From: Eledone cirrhosa
Taxonomy: Eukaryota
Reading direction: 5' to 3'
DNA: 64,000 nucleotides
Assembly (NCBI GenBank): GCA_964016885.1
Contig: OZ024743.1
Span: 243,102,001 to 243,166,000 of the forward strand
Shown here one piece after another: positions 1 through 18,036 of the stretch. A model generated the notes under the pieces. The model searched no databases, was not told the DNA's origin, and was given only the letters and a program-made list of their open reading frames with translations. The position numbers and the translations under genes are program-made. Numbering within the stretch: the stretch's first letter is position 1; each line of letters opens with the position of its first letter.

Positions 1-3000
1 CGTCCGTGTTCCACGCTTGCATGGGTTTGGACGGGGGTAGTCCCACTTGGGGCAAGAGTGGTTGTCTTGCTCGCATAGGACTGTCTGGCAGGTTTTCTAC
101 AGTTGGATGCCCTTCCTAACACCAACCACATTTACAGTGTGGGTCTGGGAGGTTTTTACCGTGTTGCCTACACGGCCACATTACAGCGTGGACTGTGTGT
201 TTTTTTGTCGTGACACCTACACGATCTCATTTGTTTCGGCCTCGATGGCGCGGCACCAACATAACTTTACATAGAACGGGGTGGTGTGGATGGGGTGGGG
301 GTGGTGGGACGGGGTGTATTTTGTTAGAGATGCCTACTGGCTGGAGTAGGTTTTACTGTATATTTAGGTAAGGCGGGTCTTCTCTGTTACTGAGTACCGC
401 CAAAGGTCTCGGTCCAGTGACATTGTCTTGGATAGGTGTAAGTGTGTGATGTCGGAGTTTATCAGCTCGTCCCAGGTTTTTCTAGGTCTGCCTATTCCGT
501 GACTACCGTCTATCTTTATTGCCCTGCACTTTGTTATACAGCTATCGACTTTCATGCGCATCACGTGTCCATACCAACGTAGCCTTCTCTCGAGTAAACA
601 ACATCTGATCCCTCTTATCTCTAATTTTTTCCTTAGTTCATTTATGCTTTGCCGTTCACGTATATTACTGTTACACATCCAGCAGAGCATGCAAGCTTCG
701 TTCCTCTCTAGTCTGCGTATATCCTCTGCACACAATGCCCAGGTCTCACTACCATGCAGCATTGCTGTTCGTATGCAGGCATCGTACTACCTGCCTTTCA
801 TTTTTAGGGAGAACCCTTTAGCAGCTAATAGTGGTATAAGCTCTCTGAACTTTTTCCAACCAGTTCTGACTCTAGCTACAGTACTTTCAGAGCACCCTCC
901 CCCACTGCTGATTTTATGGCCCAGGTAACGGAAGCTGTCCACTATTTCTATAGAACCCTCTGCGCAATTGAAAGTGCTAGTATTTTGTGGGCACTTGCTG
1001 CTACTTATTGCACCAGAACACCAGCCACATGTAAAATCTATGTTCTTAGTTAGCTTACCTGTGATCCCACTACATCTTTTATGCACCCATACTTTGCATT
1101 TAGGACATAAAATGGAGTTTCTACCTACGCCTTTCCTACACACCGAGCACGACCATTTCCCAGAAGGGACCACCGCCTTGTTTTCTTTCCTACAAACTAG
1201 AACTTTGGTCTTAGCCAGGTTAATTTTAAGTCCTTTTGACTCTAGGCCGTGCTTCCATGTTTGGAATTTCTTCTCTAGCTCGGCCATTGATTCCGTTATG
1301 AGTGTCAGGTCGTCTGCTTATAGGAGTTCCCATGGGCAGCCTGTCTTGAACTCCTCTGTTATAGCCTGAGGGGCAATAATAAATAGTAGGGGGCTGAGAA
1401 CAGAGCCCTGATGGACGCCAACTTTTACGCTAAACTCTTCACTATATTCGTTGTTAATTCTAACCTTGCTGACTGTTTCTTTATACATGGCTTGTATAGC
1501 CCTCACAAGCCATTCGTCAACGCCTAGTTTTCTAAGAGCCCACCAGATAATGGAGCGGGGGACTCTGTCGAAGGCTTTCTCCAAGTCGACAAAAGCTAAG
1601 TAGAGGGGTTTACCTTTAGCTAGGTACTTCTCCTGTAGTTGTCGTACTATGAAAAGAGCGTCTGTGGTACTTTTGCCTGACACAAACCCGAACTGCATTT
1701 CATCTAGGTCAATTCTCTCTCTGATTAGTTGCGCTATTACTTTTTCCGTGACCTTCATGACCTGGTCGATTAATTTAATGCCTCTATAGTTACTCCTATC
1801 TAGGGCGTCTCCTTTACCCTTATAACAGTTAACGATGATGCTGCTATGCCAGTCCTTCGGAACAACCCCATTCTGTACAACTTGGTTAACTATGCGGGTG
1901 ACCATGGTGTGTCCCACCGTGCCAGATGCCTTCAGCATCTCAGCAACTATTTCCGAAGGCCCAGCCGCCTTACCCGTCTTCATATCCTTGATTGCCTTAC
2001 TTATTATACTCCCCTCGACTAACACTGCTGGTCCCTCTATTGGGTCGATATGGGGGAGACTGTCTTTCTCCCATTTATTCTCCTCATTTAGTAGCCTTTC
2101 ATAGTGACACTTCCAAGCTACCTTCTTATCAGCGTCGGTGATGGCAAGTGTGCCATCGTCGTTTAGTACACACTTCTCCCCGACAATATCACGGTTTTCC
2201 TTGACGCATTGCCTAGCAATCCTGAACACCTCACGTTTTTGGTCATCGCGTTGTAGAACATGCTTGAACTTTCTTTCCTCTGCTTCCCTTCTTGCTAAGT
2301 ACACTTGTCTCCTAGCTTCCCTCCTGGCCACTTGATAGTCTTCTCTACTTCCCCCATCCCGCCATACTTTCCAAGCCTGCTTTTTGGCCTTAATTGACCC
2401 CTCCACCTTACTGTTTCACCACCATGTTACTCTCCTCCTGCCTACAGGCCTGCTCCAGCCACAGACTTCGTCTGTCGCCAACAGCAGGTTTGCTTTCAGA
2501 AATTCCCACTCTCCCTCTATATTGTCCGACACTAAATGTTCTCCCTTACTGTCGAAAGCATCAAGTAATATGCTTTGAAATTTATTTCTGGCTGTGGGGT
2601 CCTTTAGCTTCCATATTTTTCTCCTGGGGATAGTCCTCTTCTGCTGTCGAGTACGTCTCGTCCTGAATATGAGGTCGCTAATTATCAGTCTATGTTATGA
2701 GGTGCATTCTTCATGGGGGAGGGAATTAGTGTTTACAACAGACACTCTGTCACGTCTTCTGGTAAGGATATAATCTACCTGGCTTGTGTGTTCCCCGGAT
2801 CTATAGGTGATCAGGTGATTGTCACGTTTTTTTAAGTTAGTGTTACAGATAGTTAGGTTATTTGCATCACAGAATTCCAGGATTCTGGAGCCTTCCTCAT
2901 TTCTAGTACCAAACCCATAGCCTCCATGGATTTCGTTGTAGCCGTCACAATGTTGTCCAACGTGACCATTTAGGTCGCCTGCAATAATTATATAGTCACT

Positions 3001-3345
3001 GTCGGATATTTGGGAGGTAGTTAGCATCAGTGTCTCATAGAATCTGTCTTTTATAGTGCCGGGCAGTCCGGATTGGGGTGCGTACGCAGATATTACTGTC
3101 ACCGTAGTTCTATTGAGGACAAGTCGTATTTTAATTATTCTGTCGTTCACTCTATTTACGTCTATTATCTTATCTGCCCACTTTTCTGCTACCATGATTC
3201 CTACTCCACCCAGCCCATCGTCGTTTCCCACCCAGAAAAGCTTATAACATCGTTTTTTACCCTCAATGAATCTAGCAGACCCACCCCTCCACCTGGTCTC
3301 TTGAATACAACAAACATCGACATCCTTACGTTTAAGCATTTTTAC
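1..3345 (-). mobile_element. RTE-clade non-LTR retrotransposon (LINE), subfamily 1, 5'-truncated, with in-frame stops
   Basis: ORF pieces 2695-3465, 1318-2406, 787-1287 and 364-762 share one frame. They encode an APE endonuclease (CIQETRW, SAYAPQ, AGDLNGH, QVDYIL), RT (FVDLEKAFDRV, GVHQGSVLSPLLF) and an RTE C-terminus (RLRWYGHV, GRPRKTW). The 3' UTR has a GGAAGGGCATCC motif and runs off the window start. Confidence 0.95.
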
Positions 3346-3447
3346 AAATATATACATATACATATATATATACATATATATACATATACATATATATACA
3401 TATACATATATATATATATATACATATATATACATATATATATATAC

Positions 3448-3524
<77 letters not shown>

Positions 3525-3530
3525 CATATA
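3346..3530. repeat. (TA)n microsatellite with TACA interruptions, spacer between the two inverted RTE copies
   Basis: Read directly. Confidence 0.95.
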
Positions 3531-6500
3531 ATTAAAATAAGACTTGTCCTCAATAAAACTACGGTGACAGTAATATCTGCGTACGCACCCCAATCCGGAC
3601 TGCCCGGCGCTATAAAAGACAGATTCTACGAGACACTGATGCTCGCTACCTCCCAAATAACCGACAGTGACTATATAGTTATTGCAGGCGACCTAAATGG
3701 TCACGTTGGACAACATTGTGACGGCTACGACGAAATCCATGGAGGCTATGGGTTTGGTACTAGAAATGAGGAAGGCTCCAGAATCCTGGAATTCTGTGAT
3801 GCAAATAACCTAACTATCTGTAACACTAACTTCAAAAAACGAGACAATCACTTGATCACCTATAGATCGGGGGAACACACAAGCCAGGTAGATTATATCC
3901 TTACCAGAAGACGTGACAGAGTGTCTGTTGTTAACACTAAATCCCTCCCCCATGAAGAATTCACCTCCCAACATAGACTGATAATTAGCGACCTCATAGT
4001 CAGGACGAGACGTACTAGACAGCGGAAGAGGACTATCCTCAGGAGAAAAATATGGAAGCTAAAGGACCCCATAGCCAAAAATAAATTTCAAAGCATATTA
4101 CTTGACGCTTTCGACAGTAAGGAAGAGCAATTAGAGTCGTATAATATAGAGGAACAGTGGGAATTCTTGAGAGCAAACCTGCTGACGGCGGCAGACGAAG
4201 TCTGTGGCTGGAGCAGGCCTGTAGGTAGGAGGAGAGTAACATGGTGGTGGAACAGTAAGGTGGAGGAGTCAATTAAGGCCAAAAAGTAGGCTTGGAAAGT
4301 ATGGCGGGATGGGGGAAGTAGAGAAGACTATCAAGTGGCCAGGAGGGAAGCTAGGAGACAAGTGTACTTCGCAAGAAGGGAAGCAGAGGAAAGAAAGTTC
4401 AAGCATGTTCTACAATGTGAGGACCAAAAACGTGAGGTGTTCAGGATTGCCAGGCAATGTGTCAAGGAAAACCGTGATATTGTCGGGGAGAAGTGTGTAC
4501 TTAACGATGATGGCATACTTGCCATCACCGACGCTGATAAGAAGGTAGCTTGGAAGTGTCACTACGAAAGGCTTCTAAATGAGGAGAACAAATGGGAGAA
4601 AGACAGTCTCCCCCACATCGACCCAATAGAGGGACCAGCAGTGTTAGTCCAGGGTAGTACAATAAGCAAGGCAATCAAAGATATGAAGACGGGTAAGGCG
4701 GCTGGTCCTTCGGAAATAGTTGCTGAGATGCTGAAGGCATCTGGTTCGGTGGGACACACCATGGTCACCCGGATAGTTAACCAAGTTGTACAGAATGGGG
4801 TTGTTCCGAAGGACTGGCGTAGCAGCATCATCGTTAACTGCTATAAGGGAAAAGGAGATGCCCTAGATAGGAGTAACTATAGAGGCATTAAATTAATCGA
4901 CCAGGTCATGAAGGTCACGGAAAAAGTAATAGCGCAACTAATCAGAGAGAGAATTGATCTAGATGAAATGCAGTTCGGGTTTGTGTCAGGCAAAAGTACC
5001 ACAGACGCTCTTTTCATTGTACGACAACTACAGGAGAAGTACCTAGCTAAAAGTAAACCCCTATACTTAGCTTTCATCGACTTGGAGAAAGCCTTCGACA
5101 GAATCCCCCGTTCCATTATCTGGTGGTCTCTTAGAAAACTAGGTGTTGACGAATGGCTTGTGAGAGCTATACAAGCCATGTATAAAGAAACAGTCAGTAA
5201 GGTTAGAATTAACAACGAATATAGTGAAAAGTTTAGCGTAAAAGTTGGTGTCCATCAGGGCTATGTTCTTAGCCCCCTACTATTTATTATTGCCCTTCAG
5301 GCTATAACAGAGGAGTTCGAGACCGGCTGCCCATGGGAACTGCTATACGCAGATGATCTAACGCTCATAGCTGAATCAATGACCGAACTAGAGAAGAAAT
5401 TCCAAGCATGGAAGCACGGCCTAGAATCAAAAGGCCTTAAAATTAACCTGGCTAAGACTAAAGTTCTAGTTTGTAGGAAAGAAAATAAGGCGGCGGTCCC
5501 ATCTGGGAAATGGCCATGCTCAGTGTGTAAGAAAGGCGTAGGTAGAAACTCCATTTTATGTCCCAAATGCAAAGTATGGGTGCATAAAAGATGTAGTGGG
5601 ATCACAGGTAAGCTAACTAAGAACATAGATTTTACATGTGGCCGGTGCTCTGGTGCAATAAGTAGCAGCAAGTGCCCACAAAATACTAGCTCCTTCAACT
5701 GCGCAGAGGGTTCTATAGAAATAGTGGACAGCTTCCGTTACCTGGGTGACAAAATCAGCAGTGGTGGAGGGTGCTCTGAAAGTACAGTAGCTAGAGTCAG
5801 AACTGGATGGAAAAAGTTCAGAGAGCTTATACCACTATTAGCCGCTAGAGGGTTCTCCCTAAAAATGAAAGGCAGGTTATACGATGCCTGCATACGAACA
5901 GCAATGCTGCATGGTAGTGAGACCTGGGCATTGTGTGCAGAGGATATACGCAGACTATAGAGGAACGAAGCTTGCATGCTCCGCTGGATGTGCAATAGTA
6001 ATATACGTGAACGGCAAAGCATAAACGAACTAAGGAAACAATTAGAAATAAGAGGGATCAGATGTTGTTTACTCGAGAGAAGGCTACGTTGGTACGGTCA
6101 CGTGATGCGCATGAAAGACGACAGCTGTATAACAAAGTGCAGGGCAATAAAGATAGACGGTAGCCACGGAGTAGGCAGACCCAGAAAAACATGGGACGAG
6201 CTGATAAATTCCGACCTCACACACTTACACCTCTCCAAGACAATGTCACTGGACCGAGACCTTTGGCGGTACTCAGTAATAGAGAAGACCCGCCTTACCT
6301 AAATACAAAGTAAAAACCTACTACAGTCAGTAGGCATCTCTATCAAAACACACCCCCGTCCCACCACCTCCACCCCATCCACACCGCCCCTTTCAATGTA
6401 AAGTTATGTAGGTCCCACAACATCCAGGCCGAAACAAATGAGATCGTGTAGGTGTCACGACAAAAAAAACACACAGTCCACGCTGTAAATGTGGCCGTGT

Positions 6501-6693
6501 AGGCAACACGGTAAAAACCTCCCAGACCCACACTGTAAATGTGGTTGGTGTTAGGAAGGGCATCCAACTGTAGAAAACCCGCCAGACAGTCCTATGCGAG
6601 CAAGACAACCACTCTTGCCTCAAGTGGGAAAACCCCCGTCCAAACCCATGCAAGCGTGGAACACGGACGCTAAACCTGATGATGATGATGATG
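3527..6693 (+). mobile_element. RTE-clade LINE, subfamily 1, 5'-truncated in the endonuclease, with (GAT)n tail
   Basis: One reading frame 3564-6302 broken by TAG at 4287 and 5958. Motifs: APE, YADD, C4HC3 finger at 5517-5648. 3' UTR, then (GAT)5 at ~6678-6693 running into (TA)n. Confidence 0.96.
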
Positions 6694-6712
6694 ATATATA
6701 TATACATATATT

Positions 6713-6808
<96 letters not shown>

Positions 6809-6983
6809 TATATACATATACATATATATATATATATATATACATATATATATACATATACATATATATATATATATATATACATATATATATACATATA
6901 CATATATATATATATACATATACATATATATATACATATATATATATATACATATATATATATAAACATATATATATATAAAC

Positions 6984-7019
<36 letters not shown>

Positions 7020-7134
7020 GTATATACATATATATATTTATATATACATATATATATATATACATATATATATTTATATATACATATATATATATATACA
7101 TATATATATTTATATATACATATATATATTTATA
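6692..7134. repeat. Interrupted (TA)n microsatellite
   Basis: Read directly. Confidence 0.95.
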
Positions 7135-7977
7135 TTTGTTTTGACATTTTGAATATTCATCCGCAATCATTATTATTTTTTCTCTCTATCATAAATCTTT
7201 TTAATCTCAATTTCATCCTTAATTTATTATTATTTTTTTCTCCCCATCAACGAACTCATTATTAATACATATTAACTCTTTATTCGCACATATTATCAAT
7301 TCAATATACAAACTTTAACTTCACATTATTTTTCTCAAATCCTTCTACACACAAACCTTAACAATTTTTCTCTTCGCTAATTTTGAAATTGCCACAATAC
7401 ATACATTTCTTCTTTTGACGTTAGAATATTCACCCACAATTATTATTTTTTTCTCTCTATCTTCATACATAATTTCCCTTCGTTAATTTTCAAATTCCTT
7501 TAATTTATACATTATCTTCCAACGGTTCCCAACCTCTCTATATTAAAACAATATATCTTTTTCTCAGTTATAAAAACTATCTCTTTCTCTCTATCACCCA
7601 TCTCTCCCTCTCCACCTTCACTCTCATCTCCTCCCCCCTTTTTTTTCATCCTTTCCACCCCCCCTCCCTAAATAAAATATTTTTTCCTCGCACATATCCT
7701 CCCTTCGTTAATTTTCAAAATTTTTAATTTATACAGTATCTTCCAACGGTTTTCAACCCCTCTATGTAAAAAATATATCTCCTCTCAGTTATAAAAACTA
7801 TCTCTTTCTCTCTATCACCCATCTCTCCCTCTCATCTCCTTCCCTTTTCATCCCCCCCCTCTCTAAATAAAATATTTTTCCCAATATCACACATCAATCT
7901 AAAACCACTTTTCATATGTTGATTTAAAATTGCACTATCAACAAGTGTTTTTTTAGCCTTCATATCATGTTCTCCTG

Positions 7978-8044
7978 TTTTATCTTATGAAAACACAAAT
8001 ATTATTGCTTGATGATGTTTGTTTTTGAAATGCGCATAATAAAA
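7978..8044 (+). ncRNA. Type I hammerhead motif in the 5' pLTR with mutated core (CUUAUGA)
   Basis: Same as 11659-11725 except CTTATGA at 7984-7990. Confidence 0.7.
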
Positions 8045-8249
8045 TATATGGAATCCTTTAACCATCTTTTGATCTTATATTATGCATACTCCAGTCCCAC
8101 AAACTGTAGAGTGCTTCTTATCCGATATCTGCATTGCTTTATTGTACTACAATAAAACTCACCTCCTACATTAACTTGCTCCTTAACGGTTGAGCGCTTA
8201 CTCTCATATTGGATACCTTTTGATGGTCCTTCACCTCTTCTTCTACAAC

Positions 8250-10652
8250 ATGGATTATTACAACATAACCAATTCAACTAAAGACATTCCTATACCTGGT
8301 AAATCTGAATTCACCAAACTTCTTATTGAAAAAACTGACTCCTTCGTAAGAAGACTTAGATGGACAGCCTATTTCTATGACCAGCGCCTAAAAGGGAACT
8401 TTCATACCAAAGAACACAACTTCCTCGATCATCTTTTTAATTCTAGACGAAATCCTCCTTCCAACAAAAATCTAGTACAATTCGAGGAAGAATTAACTAA
8501 AATAATAAAAAATCTTAAATTCAAGAGATACCCTTACAAAGGACAAGAGCACCTTGTAAATCTCAAGAACACAATCTCTAACCTAAATTCCTCAAAAAAT
8601 GTTTTAGTCCACTCTGATAAAACCAATAACCTATATGGTATTTCCAAGGATAATTATAACAACCTTATCCTAAAGGAACTTAGGAAAAAGTATTGTAAAA
8701 CCAACCATGAAAATTTAGAATGCATAAACCTTGAAGCCTATGAGATTATGTCAAAACTTGGCATTGAAAAAAAGACCGAACCATTCCTCCCAAGAACTCC
8801 GAGGATAAATCTCAAGGATCACAAAAACAATTTTCGCACTGAACTACCTGTTAGATTAATCGCCCCCTCTAAATCTGATCTGGGGGTTGTTAGTAAAGCC
8901 ATCTTGGATAGGATTATCCCACAGGTTAGTTCTAATTGCTCTTCTTTAAACCTAAATTTATGGTTTGGTACTTCTGAAGTGATTGGCTGGTTCAACAAAT
9001 TGGATAATAAAAACAAACTAAAATTTATTCAATTTGATATTGCCAGCTACTATTCCTCCATTTCGCCTTCACTTCTCAATAATGCTCTATCTTTCGCACT
9101 TAAATATTCTGACATCACCACAGATGAACTTCACATCATCCCCACCGCACGTAAAACCATCCTAGAGTTCAACAACGAATATTGGACCAGAGCCGATACC
9201 TCTAACAACTTCGACATCACAATGGGAGCATCCGATTCATCCCAATTGACTGATTTAATTGGTATCTTCATTTTGAACTCTTTGAGTCGGAAAATTCCTC
9301 AACTTCGCGGTGGAATTTATCGTGACGATGGACTCTTTACTATCCTAAATTGCAATATAGTTAAACTTAATATTATTAAGAATAATATACGTAATCTCTT
9401 TAACCAACATAACCTAAAAATTGAATTTGATAATAGTATCAAACTAGCTAATTTCTTGGATGTATCTCTTAATCTTGACACTGGCCTATATTACCCTTAC
9501 CATAAAAACAATGAGAATCTTAATTATGTTAACTTTAAATCTAACCATCCTACCAATATCAAGAATGCTATAGTTAATAATATTGGAAATAGAATATCTA
9601 ACATATCTTCTAATAAAAACATCTTTGATGCTAACGCCAATTACTATAATAACGCACTTTCTAAAGCCGGCTATCCAGATAAAATCAAATATAATAAAGA
9701 AACAAATTCTAGGAAAACTTACAGTAGAATAATTAATCATGACCATTCCAATAATTTTAATAAAAGACCTAGATACAAAAACATAATCTGGTATAATGCT
9801 CCTTTCTCCATCTCTATTAATAACAATATTCCTAAATTATTTTTTAGTGCCTTAAATAAATGCTTCCCTCCCTCACATATCTATAGTAAAATATTTAACA
9901 AACACACCATCAAATTTTCGTATTCTACATCCTCCAATATTTCCAACATCATCTCTAAACACAACAACAAAATATTAAATACTAAATCTCTTCCTTCCAA
10001 TATTGAATTTCATAATAACAGTAATAGTACTCCCGACGTCATTGTAAACCCTAGGCTAACTTCTGTAAACCCAAATACAACGTCAAACACAACTTCGCTA
10101 AATGTTCATAATCCAACTCTAAATCAAGAAACTATTATTCCTATTATTCCTATCGCAAACAACTTCTCCAATCCAATTCCTTCTATAGATAACACTAGAT
10201 CACTCATTAATAATCTCTCTAATTGCAACTGCCGCATTAAAAATAAATGTCCTCTCAACAACCATTGCCTCGATAAAAACTTAATTTATGAATGTAAAAT
10301 TATAACTAGCACCAATTCCTTCACCTATTTTGGCTCCACTTCCACCTCTTTTAAAGCTCGTCTCTATAATCATCATTCATCTTTCAAATACAAACTTAAA
10401 AGAACTAACACTGCTCTCTCAGAACTCATATGGTCCTTAAAAGACAAAAACATTAAATATAACATCTTTTGGAAGAAGATTTCTTCTGCATCCTCATACT
10501 TGAACAGCTCTCTATCTAAAATCTGTAATCTCTGCCTAAATGAAAAATTTACCATTATCTCTAACCTAGATTCTATAATAAATAGACGCTCAGATTTGTT
10601 TTCTATCTGCCTGCATAAATTCCATAGAACTTTTCACAAAGTATACAGTTAA
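8250..10652 (+). CDS. PLE reverse transcriptase + C-terminal GIY-YIG endonuclease (800 aa from ATG 8250)
   Basis: Uninterrupted ORF. N-terminal STKDIPIP..LIEK..RLRW. RT motifs FIQFDIASYYSSI, FDITMG, IYRDDG. Linker CNCRIKNKCPLNNHC. Endonuclease LIYEC..YFGST..FKARLYNH. C-terminal CNLCLNEK..NRRSDLFSICLH, as in Naiad PLEs. Confidence 0.93.
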   Translation: MDYYNITNSTKDIPIPGKSEFTKLLIEKTDSFVRRLRWTAYFYDQRLKGNFHTKEHNFLDHLFNSRRNPPSNKNLVQFEEELTKIIKNLKFKRYPYKGQEHLVNLKNTISNLNSSKNVLVHSDKTNNLYGISKDNYNNLILKELRKKYCKTNHENLECINLEAYEIMSKLGIEKKTEPFLPRTPRINLKDHKNNFRTELPVRLIAPSKSDLGVVSKAILDRIIPQVSSNCSSLNLNLWFGTSEVIGWFNKLDNKNKLKFIQFDIASYYSSISPSLLNNALSFALKYSDITTDELHIIPTARKTILEFNNEYWTRADTSNNFDITMGASDSSQLTDLIGIFILNSLSRKIPQLRGGIYRDDGLFTILNCNIVKLNIIKNNIRNLFNQHNLKIEFDNSIKLANFLDVSLNLDTGLYYPYHKNNENLNYVNFKSNHPTNIKNAIVNNIGNRISNISSNKNIFDANANYYNNALSKAGYPDKIKYNKETNSRKTYSRIINHDHSNNFNKRPRYKNIIWYNAPFSISINNNIPKLFFSALNKCFPPSHIYSKIFNKHTIKFSYSTSSNISNIISKHNNKILNTKSLPSNIEFHNNSNSTPDVIVNPRLTSVNPNTTSNTTSLNVHNPTLNQETIIPIIPIANNFSNPIPSIDNTRSLINNLSNCNCRIKNKCPLNNHCLDKNLIYECKIITSTNSFTYFGSTSTSFKARLYNHHSSFKYKLKRTNTALSELIWSLKDKNIKYNIFWKKISSASSYLNSSLSKICNLCLNEKFTIISNLDSIINRRSDLFSICLHKFHRTFHKVYS

Positions 10653-11658
10653 TATTCAATTCTTTATCAATTTAGAATCTTTTCTCAAAGGCACATATAC
10701 ATACACCTCTTTAAAATATACCCATCTACCTTACTTTAAAGGGCATTATACACTCTATAATACTTGTTTACTCATTACCCTCATTCTATCTTCTCGTAAA
10801 ATAATAACATTTGTTTTTGACATTTTGAATATTCATCCGCAATCATTATTATTTTTTCTCTCTATCATAAATCTTTTTAATCTCAATTTCATCCTTAATT
10901 TATTATTATTTTTTTCTCCCCATCAACGAACTCATTATTAATACATATTAACTCTTTATTCGCACATATTATCAATTCAATATACAAACTTTAACTTCAC
11001 ATTATTTTTCTCAAATCCTTCTACACACAAACCTTAACAATTTTTCTCTTCGCTAATTTTGAAATTGCCACAATACATACATTTCTTCTTTTGACGTTAG
11101 AATATTCACCCACAATTATTATTTTTTTCTCTCTATCTTCATACATAATTTCCCTTCGTTAATTTTCAAATTCCTTTAATTTATACATTATCTTCCAACG
11201 GTTCCCAACCTCTCTATATTAAAACAATATATCTTTTTCTCAGTTATAAAAACTATCTCTTTCTCTCTATCACCCATCTCTCCCTCTCCACCTTCACTCT
11301 CATCTCCTCCCCCCTTTTTTTCATCCTTTCCACCCCCCCCTCCCTAAATAAAATATTTTTTCCTCGCACATATCCTCCCTTCGTTAATTTTCAAAATTTT
11401 TAATTTATACAGTATCTTCCAACGGTTTTCAACCCCTCTATGTAAAAAATATATCTCCTCTCAGTTATAAAAACTATCTCTTTCTCTCTATCACCCATCT
11501 CTCCCTCTCATCTCCTTCCCTTTTCATCCTTCCCCCCCCCCTCTCTAAATAAAATATGTTTCCCAATATCACACATCAATCTAAAACCACTTTTCATATG
11601 TTGATTTAAAATTGCACTATCAACAAGTATTTTTAAATCAACATATCATGTTCTCCTG

Positions 11659-11725
11659 TTTTATCTGATGAAAACACAAATATTATTGCTTGATGATGTT
11701 TGTTTTTGAAATGCGCATAATAAAA
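11659..11725 (+). ncRNA. Minimal type I hammerhead ribozyme in the 3' pLTR
   Basis: ttttat-CTGATGA-[long stem II]-GAAA-tgcgca-TA-ataaaa. Stem I is ttttat/ataaaa. Stem III is palindromic (ATGCGCAT). Confidence 0.85.
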
Positions 11726-11756
11726 TATATGGAACTCCTTTAACCATCTTTTGATC

Positions 11757-18036
<6,280 letters not shown>

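Noticed and set aside
554-6022. ORFs antisense to the RTE coding frames
   Set aside because: Shadow ORFs with no recognisable motifs.
8250-10808. Selenoprotein-type Naiad (in-frame UGA plus SECIS)
   Set aside because: The ORF has no in-frame TGA and ends in TAA. No SECIS could be supported by eye.
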